A DNA stretch of 64,000 bases from Thermoplasmata archaeon (GCA_021816865.1 JAKAWX010000002.1:12110-76109), one strand, 5' to 3'. Counted from the first letter of the stretch, positions 1 through 8,419 are shown. Numbers and translations: made by a program. The notes: a model not told the origin generated them from the sequence alone.

Positions 1-746
1 CGAGCGCCTCGGCGGGCGCCGCGATGCTGAACCACTATCTCGACCGGGACCTCGACGTGCGGATGAAGCGGACGCGCCGCCGTCCCCTCCCGGCCGAGCG
101 GATCGCTCCCGAGGGGCTCGCCGCCGCGCTCGGGATCGTCCTCCTCGCGCTCGGGATCGGGGCCGCGACGGTGTTCTTGAACCCGCTGACGGGGTTCTCC
201 ATCCTTCTCGGAGGCCTCACCTACGTTGTCGTCTACACCCTCTGGCTCAAGCGGCGCTCGAGCTGGAACATCGTGGTCGGGGGGTTCGCGGGTAGCGCTC
301 CCGCGCTCGCGGGGAGCGCCGCGGCGGTCGGCGGGTACACGTGGGGGGTCGTCGCGTTCGCGGTACTCGTCTTCCTCTGGACCCCACCGCATTTCTGGAG
401 CCTCGCGCTCCTCCTCCGGGACGACTACGCCCGGGCCGACCTCCCGATGCTGCCGCGCATGGACGACCCCCGATTCTCGGGGAAGGTCGTCGTCGTCTCG
501 GCCGCCCTCCTCGTACCGGCCGCGCTCCTCATCGGCGTCTCGGGCGCGGTGACCTGGCCGGTCCTCGTGACGCTGCTCGCCCTCGGCCTCCTCTTCGTCG
601 CGTTGACCCTTCCGCTCTGGCGGGTCGTCACCGCGAAGACCGCCCGACGCGGGTTCATCTTCTCGGGTCCGTACCTCCTCCTCGTCATCGTCGCGCTGAT
701 CGCCAACGCCCCGCTCGTCCTCCACGGGTTCCCGACGGGGTTCTGA
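1..746 (+). CDS. ctaB: Protoheme IX farnesyltransferase (heme O synthase, UbiA family), C-terminal ~240 aa; 5' end truncated by the window edge
   Basis: Translation shows the UbiA-family aspartate-rich motif YLDRDLDVRMKRTRRRPLP followed by several hydrophobic TM segments. The ORF is open to base 1 in frame, and the M at position 24 is internal to the family motif. Confidence 0.8.
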   Translation, partial: SASAGAAMLNHYLDRDLDVRMKRTRRRPLPAERIAPEGLAAALGIVLLALGIGAATVFLNPLTGFSILLGGLTYVVVYTLWLKRRSSWNIVVGGFAGSAPALAGSAAAVGGYTWGVVAFAVLVFLWTPPHFWSLALLLRDDYARADLPMLPRMDDPRFSGKVVVVSAALLVPAALLIGVSGAVTWPVLVTLLALGLLFVALTLPLWRVVTAKTARRGFIFSGPYLLLVIVALIANAPLVLHGFPTGF

Positions 747-808
747 ACGGGGACGCGCTTCCGGGCGGTCGGTGAGCTTATCTTGCCCGACCGGTACTCA
801 CCTTCTCG

Positions 809-1522
809 ATGCCGGACTCCGCCCGGGCCGGAGGCGTCACCGACCGCGTGCGCACCACCGAAACCGTCCTGAAACGGCTCGGGTACTCGCGGGTGTCGGC
901 GGGGCGCGCCGCCGCTCCGCTGCAGGCGTCGTTCTGGGTCCAGGAGGCGGGAGTTCCGCGCCGGACGTTCCCCGTCTTCGTGCCTCCTTCGGGCCGCGCC
1001 ACCGTCGAAGAGGGGATCGACCGCTGGGTCGAGGGCCTGCGCGGCGTCCCGTCGAGAGCGGCCCGGGCGATCTTCGTCGTGCCCAGCGACGCCGATGCGG
1101 ACGAGGCCTGGGCGCGCCTCGGGCGCACGACCCTGGCGACGATCGACCACGAGGTCTCGATCCTGGTCGTGCCGCTCGCCGAGCGAGCGGGCGACGCCCC
1201 GCACTTTCATTTGAGGGTCGCCCCCCCTGCGGAGGTCCTCCGGTTCGCTACGGGGATCGTGGTCGGCCTCTTCCGCCGGGCGCAGGCAGCCGAAGGGTCG
1301 AGCCAGATCGATTTTGAGGAGCTCCTCGGGCTCCTGAGGGGACGGTTCGGCCTCGACGTCCAGCGCTCGCTCGGCGTCCGGTCGGACGAGGACGCGCTGT
1401 TCATCCTCTACCAGCTCGCGCAGCGCGACGCCTACGCGCCGGGCGACCCGGGCGCGAACCTCCACCTCCTCGTCCTGAAGCCGAGCGGTCCCGCGGCCCG
1501 CCTCCCTTGGTTCTCGGGCTAG
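809..1522 (+). CDS. Hypothetical protein (237 aa)
   Basis: Uninterrupted ORF with GC3-rich codon usage, sitting in a gap between ctaB and tRNA-Pro. No family recognised by eye. The N-terminal segment ETVLKRLGYSRVSAGR loosely recalls the first helix/strand of PD-(D/E)xK nucleases, but without the catalytic Asp. Confidence 0.4.
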   Translation: MPDSARAGGVTDRVRTTETVLKRLGYSRVSAGRAAAPLQASFWVQEAGVPRRTFPVFVPPSGRATVEEGIDRWVEGLRGVPSRAARAIFVVPSDADADEAWARLGRTTLATIDHEVSILVVPLAERAGDAPHFHLRVAPPAEVLRFATGIVVGLFRRAQAAEGSSQIDFEELLGLLRGRFGLDVQRSLGVRSDEDALFILYQLAQRDAYAPGDPGANLHLLVLKPSGPAARLPWFSG

Positions 1523-1582
1523 AATCTCCGGCGACACGAACCGAGCCGTTAAGAATCCGATCCGGTCTGCAACGGAGGAAGG

Positions 1583-1768
1583 ATGAGCGCTCCCGCGGAG
1601 GCGTATCGGTCGCCGTACACTCCGTACGCCGGAAGCTCGACACCGCCCGCCGCCGTCGGGCCCGCCGAGGGGAAGCTCGACCTCTGGACGTTCTTCTGGC
1701 TCGCGCTCGTCAACACCGCGATCATCGCGGTGTCGGGGATCGTGACGTGGTGGTTCGTCCACCACTAG
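1583..1768 (+). CDS. Small membrane protein (61 aa, one predicted TM helix)
   Basis: ATG is preceded by GGAGGAAGG 5-13 nt upstream (SD-like), with an AT-rich TTAAGAAT box about 30 nt upstream. The C-terminal 30 aa are hydrophobic (WTFFWLALVNTAIIAVSGIVTWWFV). Confidence 0.35.
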   Translation: MSAPAEAYRSPYTPYAGSSTPPAAVGPAEGKLDLWTFFWLALVNTAIIAVSGIVTWWFVHH

Positions 1769-1835
1769 GCCGGCGCGTCGGTTCGGGCAAACCATTATCT
1801 AAGCGGGTCGGGTCGGCGCGCCGCCGACGCCTCGT

Positions 1836-1910
1836 GGGGCCGTGGGGTAGCTTGGACCATCCTTCTTGCTTGGGGTGCAAGAGACTCCGATTCAAATTCG
1901 GACGGCCCCA
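1836..1910 (+). tRNA. tRNA-Pro (anticodon GGG)
   Basis: Seven-bp acceptor stem GGGGCCG/CGGCCCC. Anticodon stem CTTGC/GCAAG with loop TTGGGGT (U33, anticodon GGG). T-arm TCCGA-TTCAAAT-TCGGA. Discriminator A, with the 3' CCA not fully encoded. The D-arm pairing is slightly irregular (2-nt spacer before the anticodon stem). Confidence 0.8.
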
Positions 1911-2348
1911 CCTCCTCGGGTCCCGGTGGGTCCTTTTCGGCTAGTGGCCGGGCGTAGGCCCGCCGGTCGCCGATCCTATCTTCGACCCGGACGTCCGTTT
2001 CGACGGGGACGCCCGGGGCCGAAAGGCGTTCGCTCCGCCGTCGTCCTCGTCTCTCCCCGGCGCCGAGGCGGGGTATCGTCGCGCCTCGTCTGCCGGGACC
2101 CGGCCGTCCCCCGCACGTCCCCCCCGGCCCGCGGGCGCGCGAGCCCGACCGGTCGGCGGGGTCCGCCTCGTGGGCAGCGGTCGCGTTCACCGTGGGCGTG
2201 TTATACGTCGTTCCCCGTCCCACGATCCGGGCGCTCGCGTCCGCACGAAGGGGCGGCCCGGGCGCGGCCGCTCGGGCGTCGCTCCCAACGCGGGGGGGCC
2301 GGCGAGCGCTCGGGCGCGAGCGGCGGGGACTCATGTAGCCGTGCGTCG

Positions 2349-3014
2349 ATGCGCGCGGCGATGGGCCGTCGGTTCGTGTCCGAGCGCCAAAGGGACCGGT
2401 ACTATCTCGCCGCCCAGCGGGAGGGCCTGCGGTCCCGGGCCGCGTTCAAGCTCGCCTACCTCGACGACCGCTTCCGCCTCTTCCGTACGGGCGGGCGCGT
2501 TCTCGACCTCGGGGCGGCCCCGGGCGGCTGGGCCCTGATCGCCCGCGACCGCGTCGGAGGCCCCGGGCGGGTGGTCGCCGTGGACCTGCGGCCGATCGAA
2601 CCGATCGAGGGCGTCGAGGTCGTCCGGGGACGGGTCGGCGACCCGCGATTGACGGGGCGGCTCGGACCCGAGCCGTTCGACGTCGTCCTCTCCGACCTCT
2701 CGCCGCGCATCGGGGGAGCGTACGCGACCGACCATGCCCGCTCGGTCGCGCTCGTCCGGGACGCCTTCGAGGTCGCGCGGGCGCATCTTCGACCCGGTGG
2801 GACGTTCGTGGCCAAGGTGTTCGCCGGCGACCTGCTGGACGACCTCGCGCGGGACGTCGCGGCATCGTTCGATGACGTGCGGCGCACCAAGCCTCCCGCG
2901 TCGCGCGATCCGTCCTCGGAGCTCTACCTGGTCGCGCGCGGCTACCGACCCCGCCGGGAGCGGTCCGGTGCGAAGTCGCCGGATTCCGAGGTCCCCGGCC
3001 GGCCCGCTATATAG
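2349..3014 (+). CDS. rlmE: 23S rRNA (uridine-2'-O)-methyltransferase RlmE/FtsJ
   Basis: Family-diagnostic motifs: DRYYLAAQREGLRSRAAFKL, LDLGAAPGGW, VVLSDLSP, LRPGGTFVAKVF and KPPASR. The six-frame ORF starts upstream at 1866, but the first family-consistent ATG is at 2349. Confidence 0.85.
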   Translation: MRAAMGRRFVSERQRDRYYLAAQREGLRSRAAFKLAYLDDRFRLFRTGGRVLDLGAAPGGWALIARDRVGGPGRVVAVDLRPIEPIEGVEVVRGRVGDPRLTGRLGPEPFDVVLSDLSPRIGGAYATDHARSVALVRDAFEVARAHLRPGGTFVAKVFAGDLLDDLARDVAASFDDVRRTKPPASRDPSSELYLVARGYRPRRERSGAKSPDSEVPGRPAI

Positions 3015-3057
3015 GTTCGGAGATTACCCCGCTCCCCCGTTTGAGGCTTGGTCACTC

Positions 3058-4230
3058 GTGATCCGATTCGGACCTGCGGGGATCCCTCTTTCCTGCAAGG
3101 GGCGAACGCTCCGGGACGGCATTGCGGACGTCCACCATCTCGGGCTCACCGCGATGGAGGTCCAGTTCATCAAGGTCAACCCGCTGACGCGGCTCGCGCT
3201 CGACGAGGAAGTGGGCCACCTCGCCCGCGAACTCCCCCAGCAGCTCGTCGTCAGCGTCGGGCCATCGGACCACCAGGGCGGCCCCCCGAGCCTCGACGCG
3301 ATCTCGGCCCCGATCCGCCGGCGCGATTCGGTCTCGACGCTCACGTGGAGCCTCGCGAAGGACTATCCCGACCTCCAGCAGACGAAGATGCTCGGACGCG
3401 CGCTCGACGCGGACCTTACGCTGCACGCGCCCTACTACGTCGATTTCTTCGGCTCGAGCGACGCGCGCGAGCAGTCGACCCGGCAGATCCAGTGGGCCGG
3501 GGTCCTTGCGCAAGGGCTCGGGGCGCGGCTCACGGTGACGCACCTCGGATTCTACGGGGGGGGCGACCGGAGGGATTCCGTCCAGGAGCTCACCGAGATC
3601 GTCACCGACCTCTCCGACTGGTTCTCGAAGTTCTCGAAGGGGACGGTTCGCCTCGCGATCGAGCCGAGCGGCCACCCCGACGTCTTCGGTTCCCGGGAGG
3701 AGGTCCTCGAGCTCGTCCGCCGGGTCAAGCGGACGGTGCCGGTCCTCAACCTCGCACACCTCGCGGCCCGCGAACGCACGAACTTCGAGGACCCCGCCCA
3801 GCTCGAGACGCTGGTCAAGCAGTTCGTGGAGGCGACCGACGGTCCCCTCTACCTCAACTTCTCGGGCGTGGAGTTCTACGGCCCGGGCGAGTTCCGGCTG
3901 ACCCCGATCAAGCGCGGCCTCGTGCGGTTCGACCCGCTCGCGGAGCTCCTCGCGGAGCGGGACTACGATGTGACGGTGATCTCGAGCTCTCCGCTCCTCG
4001 AGCACGACGCGATGTACATGAAGCTCCTCTACGAGCGCGCGCTCACGCGGCGCTGGACGAAGCTACACGCGGCGCCGGCCGCGCGAGCGCCCGGGGCCCC
4101 GGCGGCCCGCAAGGCGGGCGCCCCCGGGGTGCCCCCGTCCCGACAACCGGCGGCCCGGCCCGCGCGCCCGGCCGCGGCGGCCGCGCGTCCCAGGGAGGCG
4201 AAGGTTCGTGGGCACCAACGGGGACGCTGA
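3058..4230 (+). CDS. Xylose-isomerase-like TIM-barrel protein of AP endonuclease family 2 (endonuclease IV-like)
   Basis: Endo IV-like motif series: N-terminal IRFGPAGIP, LHAPYYVDF (compare HxxYLINL), RLAIEPSGH (compare IENTAG), LNLAHLAA and YLNFSG. GTG start at 3058 just after the rlmE stop. The last ~60 aa are an Ala/Pro/Arg-rich low-complexity tail that overlaps the next gene by 23 nt. Confidence 0.55.
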   Translation: MIRFGPAGIPLSCKGRTLRDGIADVHHLGLTAMEVQFIKVNPLTRLALDEEVGHLARELPQQLVVSVGPSDHQGGPPSLDAISAPIRRRDSVSTLTWSLAKDYPDLQQTKMLGRALDADLTLHAPYYVDFFGSSDAREQSTRQIQWAGVLAQGLGARLTVTHLGFYGGGDRRDSVQELTEIVTDLSDWFSKFSKGTVRLAIEPSGHPDVFGSREEVLELVRRVKRTVPVLNLAHLAARERTNFEDPAQLETLVKQFVEATDGPLYLNFSGVEFYGPGEFRLTPIKRGLVRFDPLAELLAERDYDVTVISSSPLLEHDAMYMKLLYERALTRRWTKLHAAPAARAPGAPAARKAGAPGVPPSRQPAARPARPAAAAARPREAKVRGHQRGR

Positions 4231-4780
4231 GCGCCCGACGGTCACTCGCGCCGTCCGCTACATCGGCGAGAGGGTCACCGCCGCGCTCGAGCGGGTCGAC
4301 CCGAAGGCGATCGGCCGCGCCGTCGACCTTCTCGCGCGGGCCCCGCAGATCTTCGTCTACGGCGCGGGACGCAGCGGCATCATCGGCCGCGCGTTCGCGA
4401 TGCGGCTGGTCCAAGCGGGCCTGCGCGCGTACGTCATCGGGGAAAGCGTCACCCCGATCGTCCGCCGGGGGGATACCGTCTTCCTGCTCTCGGGCCAGGG
4501 CGAGAGTTACTCGTCGATGCAGACCGCCAACATCGTTCGGCGCGAGGGCGCCGACCTCATCGTCCTCACGGCCCGTCCGGGGTCGAAGATCGCGCACACC
4601 GCGACCGTCCTCCTCACGATCGAGTTCGCCGAGGACCCCGACCGCCCCCGCTACGCGCCGCTCGGAACGCTGTTCGAGTCGGCGAGCCTGCGGCTTACCG
4701 ACAGTCTCATCGCCGAACTTTTGCGGACGCGAGGCGAGACCGAAGATTCGATGCGACGGCGCCACGCGATCATGGTCTAG
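4208..4780 (+). CDS. SIS-domain protein, 6-phospho-3-hexuloisomerase-like (190 aa)
   Basis: SIS phosphosugar-binding pattern: IFVYGAGRSGIIGRAFAMRL ... TVFLLSGQGES ... ADLIVLTA. The size is typical of archaeal PHI. Confidence 0.6.
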   Translation: MGTNGDAERPTVTRAVRYIGERVTAALERVDPKAIGRAVDLLARAPQIFVYGAGRSGIIGRAFAMRLVQAGLRAYVIGESVTPIVRRGDTVFLLSGQGESYSSMQTANIVRREGADLIVLTARPGSKIAHTATVLLTIEFAEDPDRPRYAPLGTLFESASLRLTDSLIAELLRTRGETEDSMRRRHAIMV

Positions 4781-4829
4781 CGCCCGGCCGCGCGCCAAAG
4801 CTTAAGGAGCGGTCCCCTTCCCGGCCGGC

Positions 4830-5330
4830 GTGTCCGCCAAGGGATCTGCGGTCCCTCGCACCCTCGTACCCGTCCCGTCGCGGTTCTTCGTTACGAGCGG
4901 CAAAGGGATCAACAAGACGAGCGAGCTCAACGCCTTCGACCTCGCGCTGCTCCAGGCCGGCATCGGGGAGCAGAACTTGGTGAGCGTATCGTCGGTCCTG
5001 CCGATCGGGATCCGCCAGATCGACCGGGAGACGATCCCCCGGGGAGCCATCACGCACTGCGTCCTGTCGCGCCACGCGGGCGGCGAAGGCGAGGTGATCA
5101 GCGCGGGGATCTCGTACGGCTTCCGCACCGACGGCCAGGGCGGCTACGTGGCCGAAGGCCACCTCCACGGCACGCAGAAGTCCCTCAAGGAGTTCCTCAA
5201 GTGGCGGATGGAAGAGATCGCGCACTTCCGCGGCGTCGAACTGCGACGCATCCACTACCGGACCGAGGAACTCTCGATCCCGATGGACCACTACGGGGTC
5301 TGCATCGCCGCGTGCGTCTTCCTTCCGTAG
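4830..5330 (+). CDS. pdaD: Pyruvoyl-dependent arginine decarboxylase
   Basis: About 165 aa. N-terminal FFVTSGKG, the self-cleavage Ser-Ser site in LVSVSSVLP, and a conserved C-terminal half. GTG start. Confidence 0.8.
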   Translation: MSAKGSAVPRTLVPVPSRFFVTSGKGINKTSELNAFDLALLQAGIGEQNLVSVSSVLPIGIRQIDRETIPRGAITHCVLSRHAGGEGEVISAGISYGFRTDGQGGYVAEGHLHGTQKSLKEFLKWRMEEIAHFRGVELRRIHYRTEELSIPMDHYGVCIAACVFLP

Positions 5331-5342
5331 GCCCCCGGGCGG

Positions 5343-5678
5343 CTAGAGCAGCTTTCGGAAGAGCAGCTTGTCCTCGAGCCGACCGTCGATCGCGAGCTTG
5401 CGCGTCACGAGGGCCTTCATCGGGCCGATCTCCTTGCGCACGAGGCCGTGGAACGTCGCGACGTCCGTCGTGATCGTAACGTCGGCCTTGGGGGCTCGGC
5501 CCGATCGCAAGTTCGCGAGTCGGCCCCCGGCGAGGTCGACCGCGTAGGTCCCCGCGTCGGTGAGCCGGATCTCGATCGTCCGCGCGAGGCCGGCGAGCTC
5601 CTCCGCCGTCGCGGGGGTCCTCTCGGCGTGGCGGTTGAACCGCTCGACGAGCCCCGCGAGGGTCTCCTCCACCGTCAT
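5343..5678 (-). CDS. SCP2 sterol-carrier domain protein (111 aa)
   Basis: SCP-2-like pattern (IRLTDAGTYAVDLAGG ... KADVTITTDVATFHGLV ... GPMKALVTRKLAIDG). Overlaps the rnhB stop by 4 nt (ATGA). Confidence 0.6.
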   Translation of the reverse strand: MTVEETLAGLVERFNRHAERTPATAEELAGLARTIEIRLTDAGTYAVDLAGGRLANLRSGRAPKADVTITTDVATFHGLVRKEIGPMKALVTRKLAIDGRLEDKLLFRKLL

Positions 5679-6340
5679 GGAACGAACGCGTCCAGCGTCC
5701 GAGCCGGTCGGGCGGGCTTAACCCTTTGCATCGTGGCCCACGAACCTCGCATCCACGGCGGGACGGGGCCGCCGTCCGCGAGCGCGCGCCGGGCGAAGTC
5801 GATCGTCCGCCGGTCGGACGGGTAGCCACTTCCGATCGACGCGTCGAGCGAGTGCGCGAGCCGCGCGATCGCCCGGTCGCGACGGACCTTCGCGACGATC
5901 GACGCGGCCCCGACGACGGGGTCGTCACGATCGGCGTGGTGCCGGGCGACGATCCGTACGTCGCCGCCGGATCGACCGGCGACCGACCGACCGAACCGCT
6001 GTGCGTCGACGTCGCACGCGTCGACGTACGCCACGTCGGGCTTCAGCGCGCGCACGAGCCGGGCGAACGTCTCGGCTTCGAGCTCGTTGAGGCGACCGCG
6101 CTCGACGTAGCGGTCGATCGTCTTCGGCGCGAGCGCGACCGATCGGCGCTCGCCGACGGACGAGAGACGGCGGTAGACCTCCGACCGGGCGCCGGGAGAG
6201 AGGGCCTTCGAGTCCCGCGCGCCGGCCCCTACGAGCGTCGGGATGCGGTCCTCCCGCACGAGGAACGCGCCGACGACGAGGGGGCCCAGGAGGCTTCCGC
6301 GCCCCGCCTCGTCGATCCCGAGGATCCTACCGCCCGTCGT
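5675..6340 (-). CDS. rnhB: Ribonuclease HII; the true start is upstream of the first canonical start codon (see findings)
   Basis: RNase HII motifs are present: ADRDDPVVGAASIVAKVRRD and IGSGYPSDRRT. The first canonical start (GTG at 6259) would delete the catalytic N-terminus. The in-frame upstream sequence encodes RILGIDEAGRGSLLGPLVVGAF (the DEDD Asp of GIDEAGRG) with no ATG/GTG/TTG between it and an in-frame TAA at 6376-6374. Confidence 0.75.
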   Translation of the reverse strand, partial: TTGGRILGIDEAGRGSLLGPLVVGAFLVREDRIPTLVGAGARDSKALSPGARSEVYRRLSSVGERRSVALAPKTIDRYVERGRLNELEAETFARLVRALKPDVAYVDACDVDAQRFGRSVAGRSGGDVRIVARHHADRDDPVVGAASIVAKVRRDRAIARLAHSLDASIGSGYPSDRRTIDFARRALADGGPVPPWMRGSWATMQRVKPARPARTLDAFVP

Positions 6341-6400
6341 ACCGTTCCCCGGCGCCGGACACGCGTCAAGCAGTTAAGCCGTCGCGGCGCTGGGCCGACG

Positions 6401-7300
6401 ATGTCGCTCGACGGACTCATCGTGCCGATCCCGACCCTCTTCGCCGATGACGGCGCGCTCGACACGGGGCGCAACGCGAAGTTCGCGCGCACCCTCTCGG
6501 ACGCGAAGGTCGACCACCTCTTCCTCCTCGGCTCGCTCGGCGAGTTCCCGTCGGTCGACGACGAAGAGCGTACCCGGCTCGTCGACGTCGTCGTCGAGAG
6601 TGCGACCGGGAAGACGGACGTCTGGGTCGGGGTAGGGGCGCCCTCGACCCGGCGGGCGGTCGCCTACGCCGAGGAGGCGGAGGCGGTGGGCGCCGCCGCG
6701 GTCGTCGCGGTCCCGCCGTACTACCTGCACCCGTCCCTTGCGGCCGTCGCGAGCTACTACCGCGCGATCCGCGCCGCCGTGACCGTGCCGCTCCTGGCGT
6801 ACAACATCCCGTCCCTCGTCGGCTACCCGCTGCCGGCCGACCGGGTGCACGCCCTGGCCGCCGACGGGACGCTCGCCGGCGTCAAGGACACCTCGGGCTC
6901 GCTACCGAGCGTCGAGGCGTTCCTGCGCGGGGCCCCGCCCGGGTTCGCCGTCTTTCCCGGGGACGACGTGCTCGCGAGCGCCGCGATCGCCCGGGGCGCG
7001 CGGGGCGCGGTGATGGGGATCGCCAACGTCGTGCCGAGGCTCTGCGTCGAGCTCGTCGCCGCCGCCCGGGGCCCCGACCGCGCCCGCACCGAGGAGCTCC
7101 AGTCGCTCGTGGACGCGCTCGTCGACGTCTCGCGGAGCGCGCCGTTCCCGTCCGTCGACAAGTTCCTCGCCGCCGAACTCCGGGACGCCGAGGTCGGCTA
7201 TCGGGCCCCCTACGACCCGCTCACGGTCGAGGAGCGGGAGGTGGTGCGGGAACGCCTCGCTCCGCTCCGGCCACGCCTCGCGCCGTTCCTCGGGCGGTGA
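6401..7300 (+). CDS. DHDPS/NAL-family class I aldolase (DapA/KdgA-like; candidate KD(P)G aldolase)
   Basis: Family pattern: PIPTLFADDG ... GSLGEFPSVDDEER ... YNIPSLVGY ... the Schiff-base lysine in GVKDTSG. ATG at 6401, with a TATA-like AGTTAAG about 25 nt upstream. Confidence 0.7.
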   Translation: MSLDGLIVPIPTLFADDGALDTGRNAKFARTLSDAKVDHLFLLGSLGEFPSVDDEERTRLVDVVVESATGKTDVWVGVGAPSTRRAVAYAEEAEAVGAAAVVAVPPYYLHPSLAAVASYYRAIRAAVTVPLLAYNIPSLVGYPLPADRVHALAADGTLAGVKDTSGSLPSVEAFLRGAPPGFAVFPGDDVLASAAIARGARGAVMGIANVVPRLCVELVAAARGPDRARTEELQSLVDALVDVSRSAPFPSVDKFLAAELRDAEVGYRAPYDPLTVEEREVVRERLAPLRPRLAPFLGR

Positions 7301-7303
7301 ACC

Positions 7304-8419
7304 GTGCGCGCGGTCGTCGTTCGGCCCCCGGCCGCGGGTGTCGCCCTCGAGGACGTTCCCGCCCCCTTGCTCCCGCCGGGGGCCGTGCGGGTCTCGGTCC
7401 TCGAGTGCGGCGTCTGCGGGACCGACCACGACATCGTGGGCGGACGGTACGGACGACCGCCGGCGGGCTCGGAGTTCCTGATCCTCGGCCACGAGAATCT
7501 GGGGGAGGTGGCGGAGGTCGGCGCCGGGGTCGACGGGTTCGCTGCCGGCGACCTCGTGGTCGCGACGGTGCGGCGTGGCTGCGGCCGGTGCCGGTTCTGC
7601 CGGTCGAACCGGTCGGACTTCTGCGAGACGGGCGACTTCACCGAGCGGGGGATCGGTGGGGCCCACGGCTACATGGCCGAGGAGTACGTCGACGTTCCCG
7701 CCTACCTCGTGAAGGTCCCGCCGGCGCTGCGCCGGGTCGCGGTCCTCCTCGAGCCGCTCAGCGTGGTCGAGAAGGCGGTCTTCCAGGGCCAGCGCGTGCT
7801 CGACCGCAAGGAGCCGACCCCGGGCGAGCCGAAGACGGGAACGCCGACCGCCCTCGTCGCCGGGACCGGGGCGATCGGAATGCTCGCCGCGTTCCTCCTG
7901 CGAGTCCGGGGGTACGAGGTCGTGGGGGTCGACCGTCACGGCGACGACACGCCCGCCGCGAAGACGCTCGCTCGTACCGGAGTGGCGCACGCGAACGTGC
8001 TCGCCGGCTTCGACGTGCTCGGCAAGCGCCGGTTCGACCTCGTGGTCGAAGCGACCGGGTCGGCCACCCTCGACTTCGCCCTCATCGACCGGCTGGGGCC
8101 GAACGGCGTCCTCGTCCTCACGGGGATCCCGGACGCCGACGCCCCGCCGACGCCGGTCCCGGGCGGCGCACTCCTCCGGGACGTCGTGCTCGGAAACCAG
8201 GCGATCGTCGGCTCCGTCAACGCGAATCGCACGTACTTCGAGGCCGGCCTGCGCGACCTCACGGTCTTCGAAGAGCGGTGGCCCGGGGCGGTCGGTGCCC
8301 TGGTTTCGGGCCGCCAACCGCTCGAAGCGTTCCGCGACGTCCTCACGACCCACCCCGGCGGAACGATCAAGATGGTCCTCACCGTGCGGCCCGGGGGCGC
8401 GGCGGGGACCGCGCCCTAA
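7304..8419 (+). CDS. Zn-dependent medium-chain dehydrogenase, archaeal glucose-1-dehydrogenase-like
   Basis: Zn-ligand motifs CGVCGTDHD, GHENLGEV and a structural-Zn Cys cluster CGRCRFCRSNRSDFC. GxGxxG Rossmann motif (VAGTGAIGM). GTG start 4 nt after the aldolase stop. Confidence 0.65.
   Translation: MRAVVVRPPAAGVALEDVPAPLLPPGAVRVSVLECGVCGTDHDIVGGRYGRPPAGSEFLILGHENLGEVAEVGAGVDGFAAGDLVVATVRRGCGRCRFCRSNRSDFCETGDFTERGIGGAHGYMAEEYVDVPAYLVKVPPALRRVAVLLEPLSVVEKAVFQGQRVLDRKEPTPGEPKTGTPTALVAGTGAIGMLAAFLLRVRGYEVVGVDRHGDDTPAAKTLARTGVAHANVLAGFDVLGKRRFDLVVEATGSATLDFALIDRLGPNGVLVLTGIPDADAPPTPVPGGALLRDVVLGNQAIVGSVNANRTYFEAGLRDLTVFEERWPGAVGALVSGRQPLEAFRDVLTTHPGGTIKMVLTVRPGGAAGTAP

Noticed and set aside
425-1795. 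456-aa minus-strand ORF running antisense through ctaB, the 809-1522 ORF and the small ORF
   Set aside because: Its translation is Arg/Pro/Gly-rich low complexity with no family features, and it lies opposite well-supported genes. This is the typical open antisense frame of a ~70% GC genome.
1836-1910. Intron or split tRNA at the tRNA-Pro locus
   Set aside because: The anticodon loop is a canonical 7-nt loop with no bulge-helix-bulge insertion. Only a minor D-arm irregularity, which could be a reading issue.
1911-2348. SRP RNA or RNase P RNA in the post-tRNA gap
   Set aside because: I found neither the domain-IV GGAAG/GNAR-type core nor the P4 AGGAAAGUCC-like motif by eye. Left as an unexplained gap rather than called.
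3048-4805. 585-aa plus-strand ORF (Arg/Pro/Gly-rich) overlapping the TIM-barrel and SIS genes in another frame
   Set aside because: Composition artefact. The in-frame alternatives carry clear family motifs.
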